A stretch of 64,000 bases of DNA from an uncultured Bdellovibrionales bacterium (GCA_964510575.1 CAZECN010000007.1:8184-72183), one strand, 5' to 3'. Numbered from the stretch's first letter, positions 10,013 through 20,028 are shown. Made by a program: numbers and translations. The notes: generated from the letters alone by a model not told the origin.

Positions 10013-10312
10013 GTGTCAGCTGAGAAAGTTAAAGAGAACCTTTTTTCGTTTGTTGAAGTAACAGTTCTAAAAAGTTTAAGTGATGCTCAGGCAACTGAGT
10101 GCGCCACGATAGAAGTTTCTGAGCTTTCTTCCGTCACGGGTATTAAAGATAACGATGAAGTACTGAGGGCCCTTTACACTCTTGAAGGAAAAAGCCTAGC
10201 AAGACCTCATCCAGAAGGTGATTTCACTTCAAACGCTTGGAAAATCACCCAAACTGGTATTAAAGCTCTTGGTCTTATGTCCGAAGGGGCTGGCACTGAC
10301 ACCCCTCGTTAA
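10013..10312 (+). CDS. hypothetical small protein (possibly winged-helix-like)
   Basis: GTG start 5 nt after GGAGG. 99 aa. The pattern LRALYTLEGKSLA...WKITQTGIKAL is only suggestive of a wHTH fold. Confidence 0.35.
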   Translation: MSAEKVKENLFSFVEVTVLKSLSDAQATECATIEVSELSSVTGIKDNDEVLRALYTLEGKSLARPHPEGDFTSNAWKITQTGIKALGLMSEGAGTDTPR

Positions 10313-10410
10313 TCCTAAACTTTCACAAGCTCCGCTGCTTAAATGTTAAGAAGAGCTGGGGGAAATGTTAGGGTATTAACAAGAGCCATATGGCACTTGT
10401 CTACTCAGGG

Positions 10411-11763
10411 TTAGCTGCAAGAGGTATTTCTCAAAAGCTTGAGCACTTCGATGTTATCAAAATGACCTGTCATTCTAGCAGTTATCTTTGCTCTGAGCGG
10501 TCGGCCAATCAGGAACAAATCGCCGATGATATCGAGGATTTTATGCCGGGAAAGCTCATCGGGGAACCGTAGGTCAGTATTAATAACCTGATCCTCTCCA
10601 ATCAAGATAAAGTTGTCTAACCTTCCCCCAGCTGCCAAACCAGCTTTTTGCAGGGCTTCAATATCTTTCATAAAGCCAAAAGTTCTAGCTGGAGCAATGT
10701 CCTTTAAAAATGACTCTGGCCCATCAAACTTAAAGTGAAACTCTTGCTCACCTACTGGAGCTGGGTAGTTAAGATAATAAGAAATTTCAAGGTTCTCTGA
10801 AGGCTCTAGTTTGATTGATTCATTCCCATCCTCAGAAACAAACTCCAATGTTTCTTGAGGTGCTATTTCAAACCAGTCGCCGCCCTGCTCTTCAATTCCA
10901 ACTCGCTCAATAGTTTTGCAAAACTCAAGAGAAGAGCCATCGAAAATAGGAACTTCGTCGTTACATTTAATTAAAAGGTTACTAATACCGTAGGAGTGCA
11001 AAGCAGCAAGCAAATGTTCGATAGTTGAAGCACTAACGGTATCAACCCGAATAGTGGTAGCAAAGCCAGTTGACTCAACATAATCAACAAAAGCAGGTGC
11101 AGAGCGAGCTCCACCAATTCTTGCAAAATGAATTCCTGAATCTTTCGGCAACGGTTCTAAAACTAGACCACTCTTATTTCCGGAGTGTAGGCATTGGCCA
11201 TAAAGAATCGTACTGTTGGCTAAAGTTCTTTGCCCCAAGTTCTTACCTTTAGAACCCGTAGATAGCACCCCACCATGATTTAAAAGCGGCAAACCAGGAC
11301 CAGAAGGACTAGCTACAGTATCAGCCGTTGAAAGCTTATTCTCAACTGGAGCTCGTGCAGCCAGTGCTCTCTTTGCTGAAAGAACGACTCCGTCAAGATC
11401 TAAGGGCTTTTCAATAAAATCGAAAGCGCCGCGACGAGTAGCTTCCAAAGCATTAGAGATCGTTGCATGTCCGGAGATCATTATTACTTGAACAGCTGGA
11501 CAACATTTTTTGATTTTTTCTAAGGTCTCGATCCCATCGAGACCAGGCATCCAAATATCTAAAAAGACTAAATCTGGAGAGAACTGCTCAACGATGTCGA
11601 TAGCAGAAGGACCATCTTCAGCAGTAACGGTTCTGTAGTTCTCGTCTTCAAATATTCCAGAAAGAGTATTTCGAATAGACTGCTCGTCATCTACAACCAA
11701 AACAAGTGGCTGCTTTTCAATACTGGGGCTCAGCTTATCTTCAACCTGCAGGGGTTTGTTCAC
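10411..11763 (-). CDS. lpxC: response-regulator receiver domain fused to UDP-3-O-acyl-GlcNAc deacetylase (REC-LpxC)
   Basis: N-terminal REC domain: VLVVDDE, phospho-acceptor context FLDIWMPGLDG, MISGH, EKPL. A ~55-aa linker follows. Then a full LpxC with catalytic motifs CLHSG, TIEHL, FDGS, ARTFGFM, RHKILDIIGDL and TGH. GTG start with GAGG upstream. Confidence 0.85.
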   Translation of the reverse strand: MNKPLQVEDKLSPSIEKQPLVLVVDDEQSIRNTLSGIFEDENYRTVTAEDGPSAIDIVEQFSPDLVFLDIWMPGLDGIETLEKIKKCCPAVQVIMISGHATISNALEATRRGAFDFIEKPLDLDGVVLSAKRALAARAPVENKLSTADTVASPSGPGLPLLNHGGVLSTGSKGKNLGQRTLANSTILYGQCLHSGNKSGLVLEPLPKDSGIHFARIGGARSAPAFVDYVESTGFATTIRVDTVSASTIEHLLAALHSYGISNLLIKCNDEVPIFDGSSLEFCKTIERVGIEEQGGDWFEIAPQETLEFVSEDGNESIKLEPSENLEISYYLNYPAPVGEQEFHFKFDGPESFLKDIAPARTFGFMKDIEALQKAGLAAGGRLDNFILIGEDQVINTDLRFPDELSRHKILDIIGDLFLIGRPLRAKITARMTGHFDNIEVLKLLRNTSCS

Positions 11764-11809
11764 TATCTAGCCTCGGCCTTTAGGGTTACAACATTCAAAA
11801 AGCTTCAGA

Positions 11810-13120
11810 TCAAACCTTAGCAAACTGCTTAACTGGTTCACCAGAGATAATTGTCTGGGCCCGATCAGGACCCACTGAGAAGCCATCAACAGCACAACCT
11901 GTTAGCTCCTCTACTCTGGCAATAAAGCTTCGAGTTTCAGCTGGTAAGTCTTCGAGACTTCTAGCTTTGGTAATATCTTCTTTCCAGCCAGGCACTTCCT
12001 CGTAGACCACTTTCACTTTTTCAATATCATCCGAGGATGGCGGAAGGTCATCGAGGACTTCTCCATTAAGAGTATAACTGACCCCAATTTTGATTTTATC
12101 AAACCCAGAAAGGACATCTAGTTTAGTAAGAATCAAAGACTCAACGCCGTTTAGTCTCATTGCTCTTTTAACGGCCATCACGTCAAGCCAGCCGCAGCGC
12201 CTTGGTCGACCTGTCACTGTTCCAAACTCGTTTCCAACCTTACAAAGAGTCTCCCCTGCTTCTCCATGATCTTCAGTTGGAAAAGGTCCTCCACCTACTC
12301 TTGTGCAGTAGGCTTTACAAATTCCGATAACCCTATCTACTCGATTAGGACCAAAACCGGCACTTGCACAGGCGTAACCCGCCACAGTGTTAGAGCTGGT
12401 AACAAAAGGGTAAGTTCCATGGGAGATGTCTAGCAAGCAGCCTTGAGCTCCTTCAAACATCACGTAATGATCACCATCAATTGCAGAGTTAACTTCGGCA
12501 CTAACATTAGCTAGGTAAGGCTTGAATTGATCCGCTAGCTTTAACAGGTCATCAAGTAAGGACTGATATTCAAATTGCTCATCAGAACCGAGCACTTCCT
12601 TCAAGTAGTGGTTTTTAAACTCTAGGTTTCTAGCCAGCAACTCTTCCAACCTAGCTTGATTCAGTAAGTCACAAAATCTAATGCCGGAACGGGTAACTGA
12701 ATCCTCATAAGCTGGACCAATTCCTTTTTTGGTAGTGCCAATCTTACCACCCGATCGATTAGCTTCTCGAGCTGCATCAATAGCTCTGTGGTAAGGAAGA
12801 ATTAGTTGCACTTCACCTGCAATTCCAAACCTTTCTGGAGAGACCTCTACATCAACGGCCCTAAGTGAGGCTATTTCATCTCGTAGAGAAAAAGGGTTCA
12901 ACACAACACCAGATGCGAGCAAACAACGACAATCGGGCCGAAGAATACCGGAAGGAATCAATTGCAAAGCCGTTTTTTGGCCCTCAACCACCACAGTGTG
13001 ACCTGCATTGTCACCACCCTGGAATCGTACTACGAGACTCGCTCTTTCGGTGAGGTAATCTACTACCTTACCCTTACCTTCGTCTCCCCATTGAATTCCA
13101 ACAACTATTGCTACAGGCAT
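11810..13120 (-). CDS. purA: adenylosuccinate synthetase
   Basis: N-terminal P-loop VVGIQWGDEGKGK and full-length PurA similarity. ATG 13120 preceded by GGAG is preferred over the TTG at 13126. Confidence 0.95.
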   Translation of the reverse strand: MPVAIVVGIQWGDEGKGKVVDYLTERASLVVRFQGGDNAGHTVVVEGQKTALQLIPSGILRPDCRCLLASGVVLNPFSLRDEIASLRAVDVEVSPERFGIAGEVQLILPYHRAIDAAREANRSGGKIGTTKKGIGPAYEDSVTRSGIRFCDLLNQARLEELLARNLEFKNHYLKEVLGSDEQFEYQSLLDDLLKLADQFKPYLANVSAEVNSAIDGDHYVMFEGAQGCLLDISHGTYPFVTSSNTVAGYACASAGFGPNRVDRVIGICKAYCTRVGGGPFPTEDHGEAGETLCKVGNEFGTVTGRPRRCGWLDVMAVKRAMRLNGVESLILTKLDVLSGFDKIKIGVSYTLNGEVLDDLPPSSDDIEKVKVVYEEVPGWKEDITKARSLEDLPAETRSFIARVEELTGCAVDGFSVGPDRAQTIISGEPVKQFAKV

Positions 13121-13242
13121 TGTCAACTCCGCAACCGGGCAGGACCACTCGACCGGGCCCCCGGATGAAATTAAAAAGCACTGGCTGAAATTAATTTCCT
13201 GCTAAAACTGAAGCAGGGCTCAACCAGATCCAAGTATAAAAA

Positions 13243-13578
13243 TTAATCCTTTGTTGTGACTCTGTTAGCTTCGAGGTCATCATCGCTGAAATCCTCGCAA
13301 ACTTTGGCGTTAAGCTCGGTGTAATCGGTCCACTGCTCAGGAACTTCGTCATCTTCAAAGATCGCCTCAACCGGGCATTCTGGCTCACAAGCACCACAAT
13401 GAATGCACTCATCAGGGTGAATAACCAGCATTCCCACGTCACCATCCTTAGCTGGCTCCTTGCCCGCTTTGTCGTTGAGCTCTTTGTTTTTATTGTCATA
13501 AAAACAATCCACCGGACAAACCTCTACACAGGCTCTATCTTTAGTACCAACACAAGGCTCCGCAACGACGTAAGTCAT
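13243..13578 (-). CDS. fdxA: 7Fe-type ferredoxin (FdxA-like)
   Basis: [26 protein letters not shown] ... [16 protein letters not shown] cysteine pattern. GGAG RBS. Confidence 0.9.
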   Translation of the reverse strand: MTYVVAEPCVGTKDRACVEVCPVDCFYDNKNKELNDKAGKEPAKDGDVGMLVIHPDECIHCGACEPECPVEAIFEDDEVPEQWTDYTELNAKVCEDFSDDDLEANRVTTKD

Positions 13579-13722
13579 CTTTGATTCTCCTAGAAACGTT
13601 CAATAAAGGCCGAAGAGCTGAACTCTTCAAAGCAGGAAATTTCTAGCATAAATCGAACTCCATACCTAGCTCCGCCCAAAGTTTATGAGAGAAAGGATAC
13701 TAGATTAATAGGAATAAAGGAG

Positions 13723-13798
13723 TGGAGGCTCGACCCGGACTCGAACCGGGGATGGAGGATTTGCAGTCCTCTGCCTTAGCCAACTTGGCGATCGAGCC
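13723..13798 (-). tRNA. tRNA-Cys (GCA)
   Basis: Hand-folded cloverleaf on the minus strand. Acceptor stem GGCTCGA/TCGAGCC. Anticodon stem GAGGA/TCCTC with loop CT-GCA-AA. T arm CCCGG-TTCGAGT-CCGGG. Discriminator U plus an encoded CCA. Confidence 0.9.
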
Positions 13799-13836
13799 TC
13801 AAGGGGACAGTTTCTACTAACTGAGCCCTAGGGAAG

Positions 13837-16233
13837 TCAACCATCAGATAAGATAGCTGTGTAAGCCTCAATAGTTTTGTTGATATCAAACCTAGCTTGA
13901 ACTGTGGACTGGGCATTTTTCGCCAAAGTCAGGCCAAAAGATGGATCCTCTAACAATCTTTCAATAGCCCGCACCAAACCCTCGCTATCTTCTGACTCAA
14001 ATAGCAATGCCGTTTGATTATCCTCTAACTGCTCAGCCAAACCAAAAACCGAAGTGGAGACCAAAGGCTTACCCCAAGCCATGGCCTCCAAGGAAACCAA
14101 AGGGGCGGACTCTTCTCTCGATGCAATCACTACAGTATCTGCCCCAGAGTAGTAATCCCCTACTTCCGAGGTCTCACTAACAAATTTCACATGCTCCCCG
14201 AGACCCCAGGCCTTACAATCTCTGAACAATTGATCTTGGAACTCTCCTTCCCTACCTCCGACGAAAAAAAATCGGAGATTCTTTCTGGATCGATCAGAGA
14301 TTAACTTCTGCGCAGCTCTCAACACAATATCCTGTCCTTTTCTTGGAGTAACTGTTCCAACAATTAGAACAAGATGATCTTCATCTTTTAAGCCCATTTT
14401 TTTTCTACTATCAACCCGGGAATGCTTCTCTCGCAAAGCGCTGCATAGCTTCAAGTCTACTCCGTTGGCTATCACCTTCGAGTTATTCTCATCAATCCAC
14501 TGCCTAAAGACTTGCCGGCTTGCCTCAGAAACAAAAATACTTTGGTCAACTAGCTTAAGGGCTTTAAAGAAATGTAGTCTTTGACGACTATCAAGATTTA
14601 GACCGAAAGTTACTGGAGAGCTGGACTCATGAATTGTCCAAATAGAATAAATATCTAGCAGGCTAGCCAACCTTACTGCCCAGAAAGAATCCAAGGTGTT
14701 AGCAAAGACACGAGAAGGGCTGAACCTTCTAATTGAAGCCTCAGCCTTTTCTATACCAGAAAGATAGTCAGTCCAACCTTCCGATCTACTTTGAAGTTCT
14801 TCTATAACCTCAACCTCTATTCCTTTCGCTAACAAGCTCTCACTAAGCTCTCCTTCACGGGCAGAAATAATTTTGACCTTCTCACTTCCTTTCTCCTGAG
14901 CATATTGCAAAGCAATCTCTGCTAGCACTCGAGGTGCTCCCTCACAGGGATTTAAATTATGGCTGCAAAAAACGACCGAATCCTTATCAGGATCTTTTAT
15001 GATTCTTTCCTCCCGAGAACCTAGCAGGGATGAACAATCCACAGCTTGAGGAATAAGGCTATTAGCAGATCTTTTAAAGAACAGGCTCAGCCTAGAATCA
15101 TCGGAAAAATCATCCATCATTTTTCCGAGCTTCAACCATTGAAACAAACTACCAACGGGTTGATACCCAGAACGAGTAAAAGCATGAATCTCTATCTTGC
15201 CAGCCCCATGTCCGAAGACGTTAGGGTCAATATTTAACTCAAATCCAAAATTACTCCTAAAGCGATTAGCCGGATCAAACCAAGTTAAATCATCCCTGTT
15301 CAACCAGCTAAGGCTTACCCCGGGAGTCCTATCCTCTAGTTCTTTAACTAGCTTGGAAGTTCTAGCAACCAGCAATGGCGGTTCAGAATCTGAAGTAATC
15401 ACAGAACCTTTTACCAGCACTCCCCCAACAACCGAATGATTCATCGACTCAATTCTAGCCTGGTAATCAATCTCTTTTCTTTTCCAGAAAAACTTATTTC
15501 CTTGGAAAGTCTCATCTCCAGAAGGAAACCGAACCTGCAATGAAGGTTGTAGAGCCACCTTCTCGCTCAATCTAGGAATTCTTGCTTCAACTTCTTTTGA
15601 GCCAAACAAGCCTGCAATTCGACAAGTTTTACTAGACTGAAAGGAAGGTAAACTCTGAAAAAGCTCAGGTGAGTTTAAAGAACAAAGAAGTTCCCCAACT
15701 TCTTTTCCATTAATATTCAGAACGGCGCTATCCGCACTCTCATTTCCCTTAATAGCCCAGGCTGAAATGGGTAGAACCTCACTAACTAATAAAGCCGTTT
15801 CAGGAGCAAAAAAGCCGCCCAAAGGACTACTCCATGTATCAATCGAGCAGAGCGAAATATTAATTGAATTAGTTGACGGAACTCTCAGAGATTCTTGTCC
15901 CCATTCCAGCCACATTTGCCCTTCGAATGATTCGCTGGGTGGAATCACCTCTGAGAAATCAACCGATATTCCTAACCTAAGAAAACTATCACTGCTGGGG
16001 AGCAGTTCTAAGGCTTTAGGCTTAAGATGAAAGGTTTGATCTCCGTCAGAGGAGCCCAAGATTATAGAAAAATCCTTTTCAGCTGATTTAGACTTATCAA
16101 TTTCACTACTAGAAGCAAGATGAGCAACTATCTGCAAGTCTCTGCTCATCACCGTCGCAGGATTGCCTGGACTGATGATAGACAAGCTATCATCAGTTGG
16201 CATGTTTCTATGCTTTTTAGCTGCTACGCTCAC
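13837..16233 (-). CDS. glycosyltransferase family 4 protein with ~400-aa N-terminal domain of unknown function
   Basis: The C-terminal half carries GT4/GT-B signatures (VGTVTPRKGQD..., EESAPLVSLEAMAWGKPLVST). The N-terminal half matches nothing I recognise. The start is uncertain (GTG 16233 or ATG 16203). Confidence 0.75.
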   Translation of the reverse strand: MSVAAKKHRNMPTDDSLSIISPGNPATVMSRDLQIVAHLASSSEIDKSKSAEKDFSIILGSSDGDQTFHLKPKALELLPSSDSFLRLGISVDFSEVIPPSESFEGQMWLEWGQESLRVPSTNSINISLCSIDTWSSPLGGFFAPETALLVSEVLPISAWAIKGNESADSAVLNINGKEVGELLCSLNSPELFQSLPSFQSSKTCRIAGLFGSKEVEARIPRLSEKVALQPSLQVRFPSGDETFQGNKFFWKRKEIDYQARIESMNHSVVGGVLVKGSVITSDSEPPLLVARTSKLVKELEDRTPGVSLSWLNRDDLTWFDPANRFRSNFGFELNIDPNVFGHGAGKIEIHAFTRSGYQPVGSLFQWLKLGKMMDDFSDDSRLSLFFKRSANSLIPQAVDCSSLLGSREERIIKDPDKDSVVFCSHNLNPCEGAPRVLAEIALQYAQEKGSEKVKIISAREGELSESLLAKGIEVEVIEELQSRSEGWTDYLSGIEKAEASIRRFSPSRVFANTLDSFWAVRLASLLDIYSIWTIHESSSPVTFGLNLDSRQRLHFFKALKLVDQSIFVSEASRQVFRQWIDENNSKVIANGVDLKLCSALREKHSRVDSRKKMGLKDEDHLVLIVGTVTPRKGQDIVLRAAQKLISDRSRKNLRFFFVGGREGEFQDQLFRDCKAWGLGEHVKFVSETSEVGDYYSGADTVVIASREESAPLVSLEAMAWGKPLVSTSVFGLAEQLEDNQTALLFESEDSEGLVRAIERLLEDPSFGLTLAKNAQSTVQARFDINKTIEAYTAILSDG

Positions 16234-18082
16234 GACTTCTTCGAAAAGTGTTCACTGCTTTAAAAGATTTAACGGCTACTTGGGAGACTACCTCAATCGA
16301 AGAAGCTAGTGCGGGTGATCTCTTCAACTTTCGAATCACCGCATCAAAAGCTGGCGTAGGAGCACTCTCAACAAGACCCGATATCATAACCGGCTGAAGT
16401 TTGGCTTCTAACTGTTCAAACTGATCAGCAACCTGAAGGCCACTACGGGACATATCGAAAAGCTCTTGATCCTCAACACTAATACCTCTTGAGACAGACT
16501 CGTGATGAACGGCTGATACTCCCGGATCCAGAATAACCCTCTGTCCGATAGAGCTTAGTTGATGACAGAACAGCGCGTCTCCAAAACCGTTGGGACAGTT
16601 AATTTCATCTAAACCATCAAGACTTTTCCAGCTATCTCTCCTAATCATTGCGAGGGCAAAAGAAACCCCATTAACTTCCCGAAAAATGTTGGCGAACATT
16701 GACTCTTGAGTAACGTTAAGAGGTCTTACTCCGGCAAAATTTATTCCTGAATGCTGTGTTCCACCATCTGGATACCTAAGAGATGCTCCGACACAACCAA
16801 CTTCTGGGAAAGAGCATAAAGCCTTCAACCTTTCGATATCATCTTCCCCTTTCAGTTCCACGTCATTATTCATCAAAAGAATAAAGTTGGAATTACTTCT
16901 ACTAGCTGCGAAATTATTCAGCCGAGCATAATTAAAATGTCCTCGGTCGGTAACGATAGTTGCGTAATCATTTAGACTATTCTCTCGGATAGCTTCCTGA
17001 ACAGAAGCTAGCTCCTCCAGTTGAGAGTTATTATCAACCAGAAGTATTTGCAGGTTATCCTTACGTCTTTGCTTGGCTATACTTTGAAGTGCTTTAGCTG
17101 TTTTCTCCGACTGATCCTTAAAGGGAATGATCACTTGAACAGAACCTAATGTCTTTTTAGGTTCAGGAAGAATTTCTCCACTGTCTGATACTCTTAACCC
17201 CTCTAGCTCCAATCCATTTCTAGAAGCAAACCAACTGGCAAGAAAATCTAAGTCTGAATGAGGGCACTGATCTTCCAGAGATTGCCCTTTAACCCTAGCC
17301 GCTAAGGCAAAAGGCAAAAAACTGACATCAGTATTGCAAACAGCATAGCTAGCAGAAAACCAATTCATACCCTTAGATGAGGAAAGGCTGTCTTTCTCCC
17401 CACTACTACGAAGCTCAATAAGCGCAGCTTCAAATAATGATCCAGAGACATAAAAGCTCTGTCCAAACCAATTCTTGGTAAGAAAAGAGTACTTACCCAT
17501 CGCTGTTTTTCTAAGGTAAGAAAGATTTTCACCTTGCAGACCAGATATGGTCTCATTGAAATAAACTGCCCCTGGCGAGGTTTTAACTATCTCTCTAGCT
17601 AAAACAAAAAGGGCTTCAGGGTGAAAAATCGCATCTGAGCCTAAAAATAATAAGTGGCGAAAAGAACTTGGCGAACAAAGATCTGAAAGAGTATTAGACC
17701 AGGATTTTGAGCCGAAACTCTTAAGCTCATGAATTTCAGTAACGAAATTATATTTATCTTCTAAAACAATGTTCTTAGGGTCATGCTCAACCAGAAGCAC
17801 TGCTTTGAAATTTCTCCAAGACTGAACGGCCAGAGATTCAAGTTGATAATTTAAAGTTTCAGGATCTGAGCTATGAACAAAAATTGTAATTAGCGGCCGA
17901 GAAGAGAAACTCAATGCCTGCGCACTCTGCCAGGCTAGGGATTTTTCTCTAACCTCACTTGGGTAAATAACCCCCGGCATGAACTGAAATGGAAATCCGG
18001 CAAGGGCCGAACTTTCAAACCGAAGCCTTTCAGAATTAGCCTTCGGCTCAAGGTTAGGGATATTGGAAGATTTTAAACTCAA
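16217..18082 (-). CDS. glycosyltransferase family 2 protein (two GT-A-like modules)
   Basis: First module: ITIFVHSSD...LESLAVQSW. Second module: VQVIIPFKDQ...LQILLVDNNS...LLMNNDVE. TTG start is uncertain. Confidence 0.7.
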   Translation of the reverse strand: MSLKSSNIPNLEPKANSERLRFESSALAGFPFQFMPGVIYPSEVREKSLAWQSAQALSFSSRPLITIFVHSSDPETLNYQLESLAVQSWRNFKAVLLVEHDPKNIVLEDKYNFVTEIHELKSFGSKSWSNTLSDLCSPSSFRHLLFLGSDAIFHPEALFVLAREIVKTSPGAVYFNETISGLQGENLSYLRKTAMGKYSFLTKNWFGQSFYVSGSLFEAALIELRSSGEKDSLSSSKGMNWFSASYAVCNTDVSFLPFALAARVKGQSLEDQCPHSDLDFLASWFASRNGLELEGLRVSDSGEILPEPKKTLGSVQVIIPFKDQSEKTAKALQSIAKQRRKDNLQILLVDNNSQLEELASVQEAIRENSLNDYATIVTDRGHFNYARLNNFAASRSNSNFILLMNNDVELKGEDDIERLKALCSFPEVGCVGASLRYPDGGTQHSGINFAGVRPLNVTQESMFANIFREVNGVSFALAMIRRDSWKSLDGLDEINCPNGFGDALFCHQLSSIGQRVILDPGVSAVHHESVSRGISVEDQELFDMSRSGLQVADQFEQLEAKLQPVMISGLVESAPTPAFDAVIRKLKRSPALASSIEVVSQVAVKSFKAVNTFRRSRERSS

Positions 18083-18166
18083 GTGAAAGGCCCAGATAGT
18101 CTAGAAAGCTAATAGTAATGCTGAAGGACTATATCACGCACAATTTAGGTGAACAAACACACTGGA

Positions 18167-19162
18167 TTAATTGCGGCTCTTTTTCCTAGCCAGAACCAAA
18201 GCGCGCTCAGGAGCAGGATACCCTTCAATAGTTTTTGAGTGATCCTGGGGGTCAAGGAAGTCAGAGAGGCTTTCGTACGGGGCAAATTTAGTACTACGCT
18301 GCTCACTGGTTTCAGTCTTACCATGAAAAACCGTCTCAATTTCACTAAACCCCGCTCTATCCAACCAGCTTTCTAAGCAGGACACGGTTGGCAAGAAATA
18401 GACATTTCTTGCTTTTCCATAACGTTTTTTAGGGAACAAACAAGTATCTGCTTCCCCTGGAATAACAATTGATTCCAAAACCAGTAGACCACGGTAGCAT
18501 AGTGAATTGTATAAGTCCGTCAGTAAGCCCAAGGGGTTTCTTTGATGATAAATAACTCCCATACAAAAAACGCAATTGAACCATCCTGGCAAAAGCTTAA
18601 GATGCTCAGCTCCCAACATTTCAAGCTGAAGACGACTTTCCTGGCTGAAGTGCTGAAGGAAACGAAAAGTTTGAAAAAATTTCTCTGAAGGATCAAAGCC
18701 TAGAACATACTCTGGCTGGAGTTCCATCATTCGATACATATAGTATCCATTACCACAGCCTACATCTGCTACCCTCATACCTTTCAGACAATCGAGATGC
18801 GGCCTAACTCGATCCCACTTCATATCCGAGCGCCACTCGCAATCTATCTCGTGACCAAGAAGGTTAAACGGGCCTTTTCTCCAAGGAATTAATTCTTCGA
18901 TAAGCGCCTCAACCGTTTGATGGGTATCGGCGTCAATCTGAGACTCATCGCCAATGTGAACGACTCCGTCCTGCGTCTGAAATTGAAGAACCTCAGCAAG
19001 CGGGGGCAGTCTCTCGATTAACTCGTTATATTTCTCCCAACAAGGTCTAGCTAAGGCCTTTCTTTTGTCCAAAGCCTCCAGCAAAAGCTGAGTAGGCCAA
19101 TCCTTCTCAGAGTTGAGAAAAACTGTTTGATCGGCCAATATGTGGGGCGAATTGTCGCTCAT
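18167..19162 (-). CDS. cmoB: tRNA U34 carboxymethyltransferase CmoB
   Basis: PWRKGPFNLLGHEIDCEWRSDMKWDRV and VADVGCGNGYY match the CmoB signature. Colinear with E. coli CmoB through to the C-terminal EGYPAPERA. Confidence 0.88.
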   Translation of the reverse strand: MSDNSPHILADQTVFLNSEKDWPTQLLLEALDKRKALARPCWEKYNELIERLPPLAEVLQFQTQDGVVHIGDESQIDADTHQTVEALIEELIPWRKGPFNLLGHEIDCEWRSDMKWDRVRPHLDCLKGMRVADVGCGNGYYMYRMMELQPEYVLGFDPSEKFFQTFRFLQHFSQESRLQLEMLGAEHLKLLPGWFNCVFCMGVIYHQRNPLGLLTDLYNSLCYRGLLVLESIVIPGEADTCLFPKKRYGKARNVYFLPTVSCLESWLDRAGFSEIETVFHGKTETSEQRSTKFAPYESLSDFLDPQDHSKTIEGYPAPERALVLARKKSRN

Positions 19163-19957
19163 ATGAAAATGCTATTTATTCAAAGTCCTAGAGAACGAGA
19201 ACCTAGAGAAGAATTAATTCAAAGTCCAGTGAAGAAAGATTCGATTTATAATCAAATACTAGACGAGTTAAAGCCCTTTCGTTTTGACGAAAGAGTTGCT
19301 GAAGTTTTTGACGACATGATTTCTCGCTCTGTTCCGGGGTATGAACCTGTTCAGGGTATTTCACTAAAGATCTCTGAGTTTTTCGCCCAAGACGAATCAT
19401 CAATTTATGATTTGGGATGCTCCTCTGGCACAACTCTTCGGCTGCTATCCCATTCAACTAAAATACCAAGCTCTGTGAAAATTATCGGAGTAGATAATTC
19501 GGCTTCAATGATAGAGAAAGCTCGAAAGAAACTTGATGCCCAAAATGAATCAAAAAAAATAGAGCTGATTTGTCAGGACCTTCAATTTCTGAAGTTCGAA
19601 GTCTCAAGTGTGATACTACTAAACTACACTCTACAATTTCTTCCATTGGAGAAAAGACAGCTACTTCTTAGTAAAGCCTTTCAAGCTTTAAAACCTGGCG
19701 GGGCTCTGCTACTCAGCGAAAAGGTTGTTTGCCAAGAAAACTCCATTCAGCAATTTGTGACCAAAAACCACCACGCTTTCAAAAAAAATAATGGCTACAG
19801 TCAATTAGAAATCTCTCAAAAGCGCCAAGCCCTGGAGGATGTTCTGGTACCTCTGAGTATCAATCAGAATTGCTCTTTGCTCGCGGAAGCTGGGTTTAAG
19901 AATATCGAGCCCCTGTTGGTCTATTTACCCTTTGCCACACTGCTCGCCGTAAAATAG
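19163..19957 (+). CDS. cmoA: carboxy-S-adenosyl-L-methionine synthase CmoA
   Basis: FDERVAEVFDDMISRSVPGYE plus the SAM-MTase motif IYDLGCSSG. ATG 19163 abuts the cmoB start on the other strand; the true start could be 19169. Confidence 0.88.
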   Translation: MKMLFIQSPREREPREELIQSPVKKDSIYNQILDELKPFRFDERVAEVFDDMISRSVPGYEPVQGISLKISEFFAQDESSIYDLGCSSGTTLRLLSHSTKIPSSVKIIGVDNSASMIEKARKKLDAQNESKKIELICQDLQFLKFEVSSVILLNYTLQFLPLEKRQLLLSKAFQALKPGGALLLSEKVVCQENSIQQFVTKNHHAFKKNNGYSQLEISQKRQALEDVLVPLSINQNCSLLAEAGFKNIEPLLVYLPFATLLAVK

Positions 19958-19971
19958 TCTATTTACTGGGC

Positions 19972-20028
19972 TATACTGCCCCTCATTTAAACTTCAGTTT
20001 TGCTAGACTAAGCATAGGCCCCAGTATA
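19972..20028. repeat. palindromic element (gcgcc subfamily, decayed stem)
   Basis: Arms tatactgcccct / aggccccagtata flank a loop homologous to that of 23135-23190. Three central mismatches break the stem. Confidence 0.6.
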
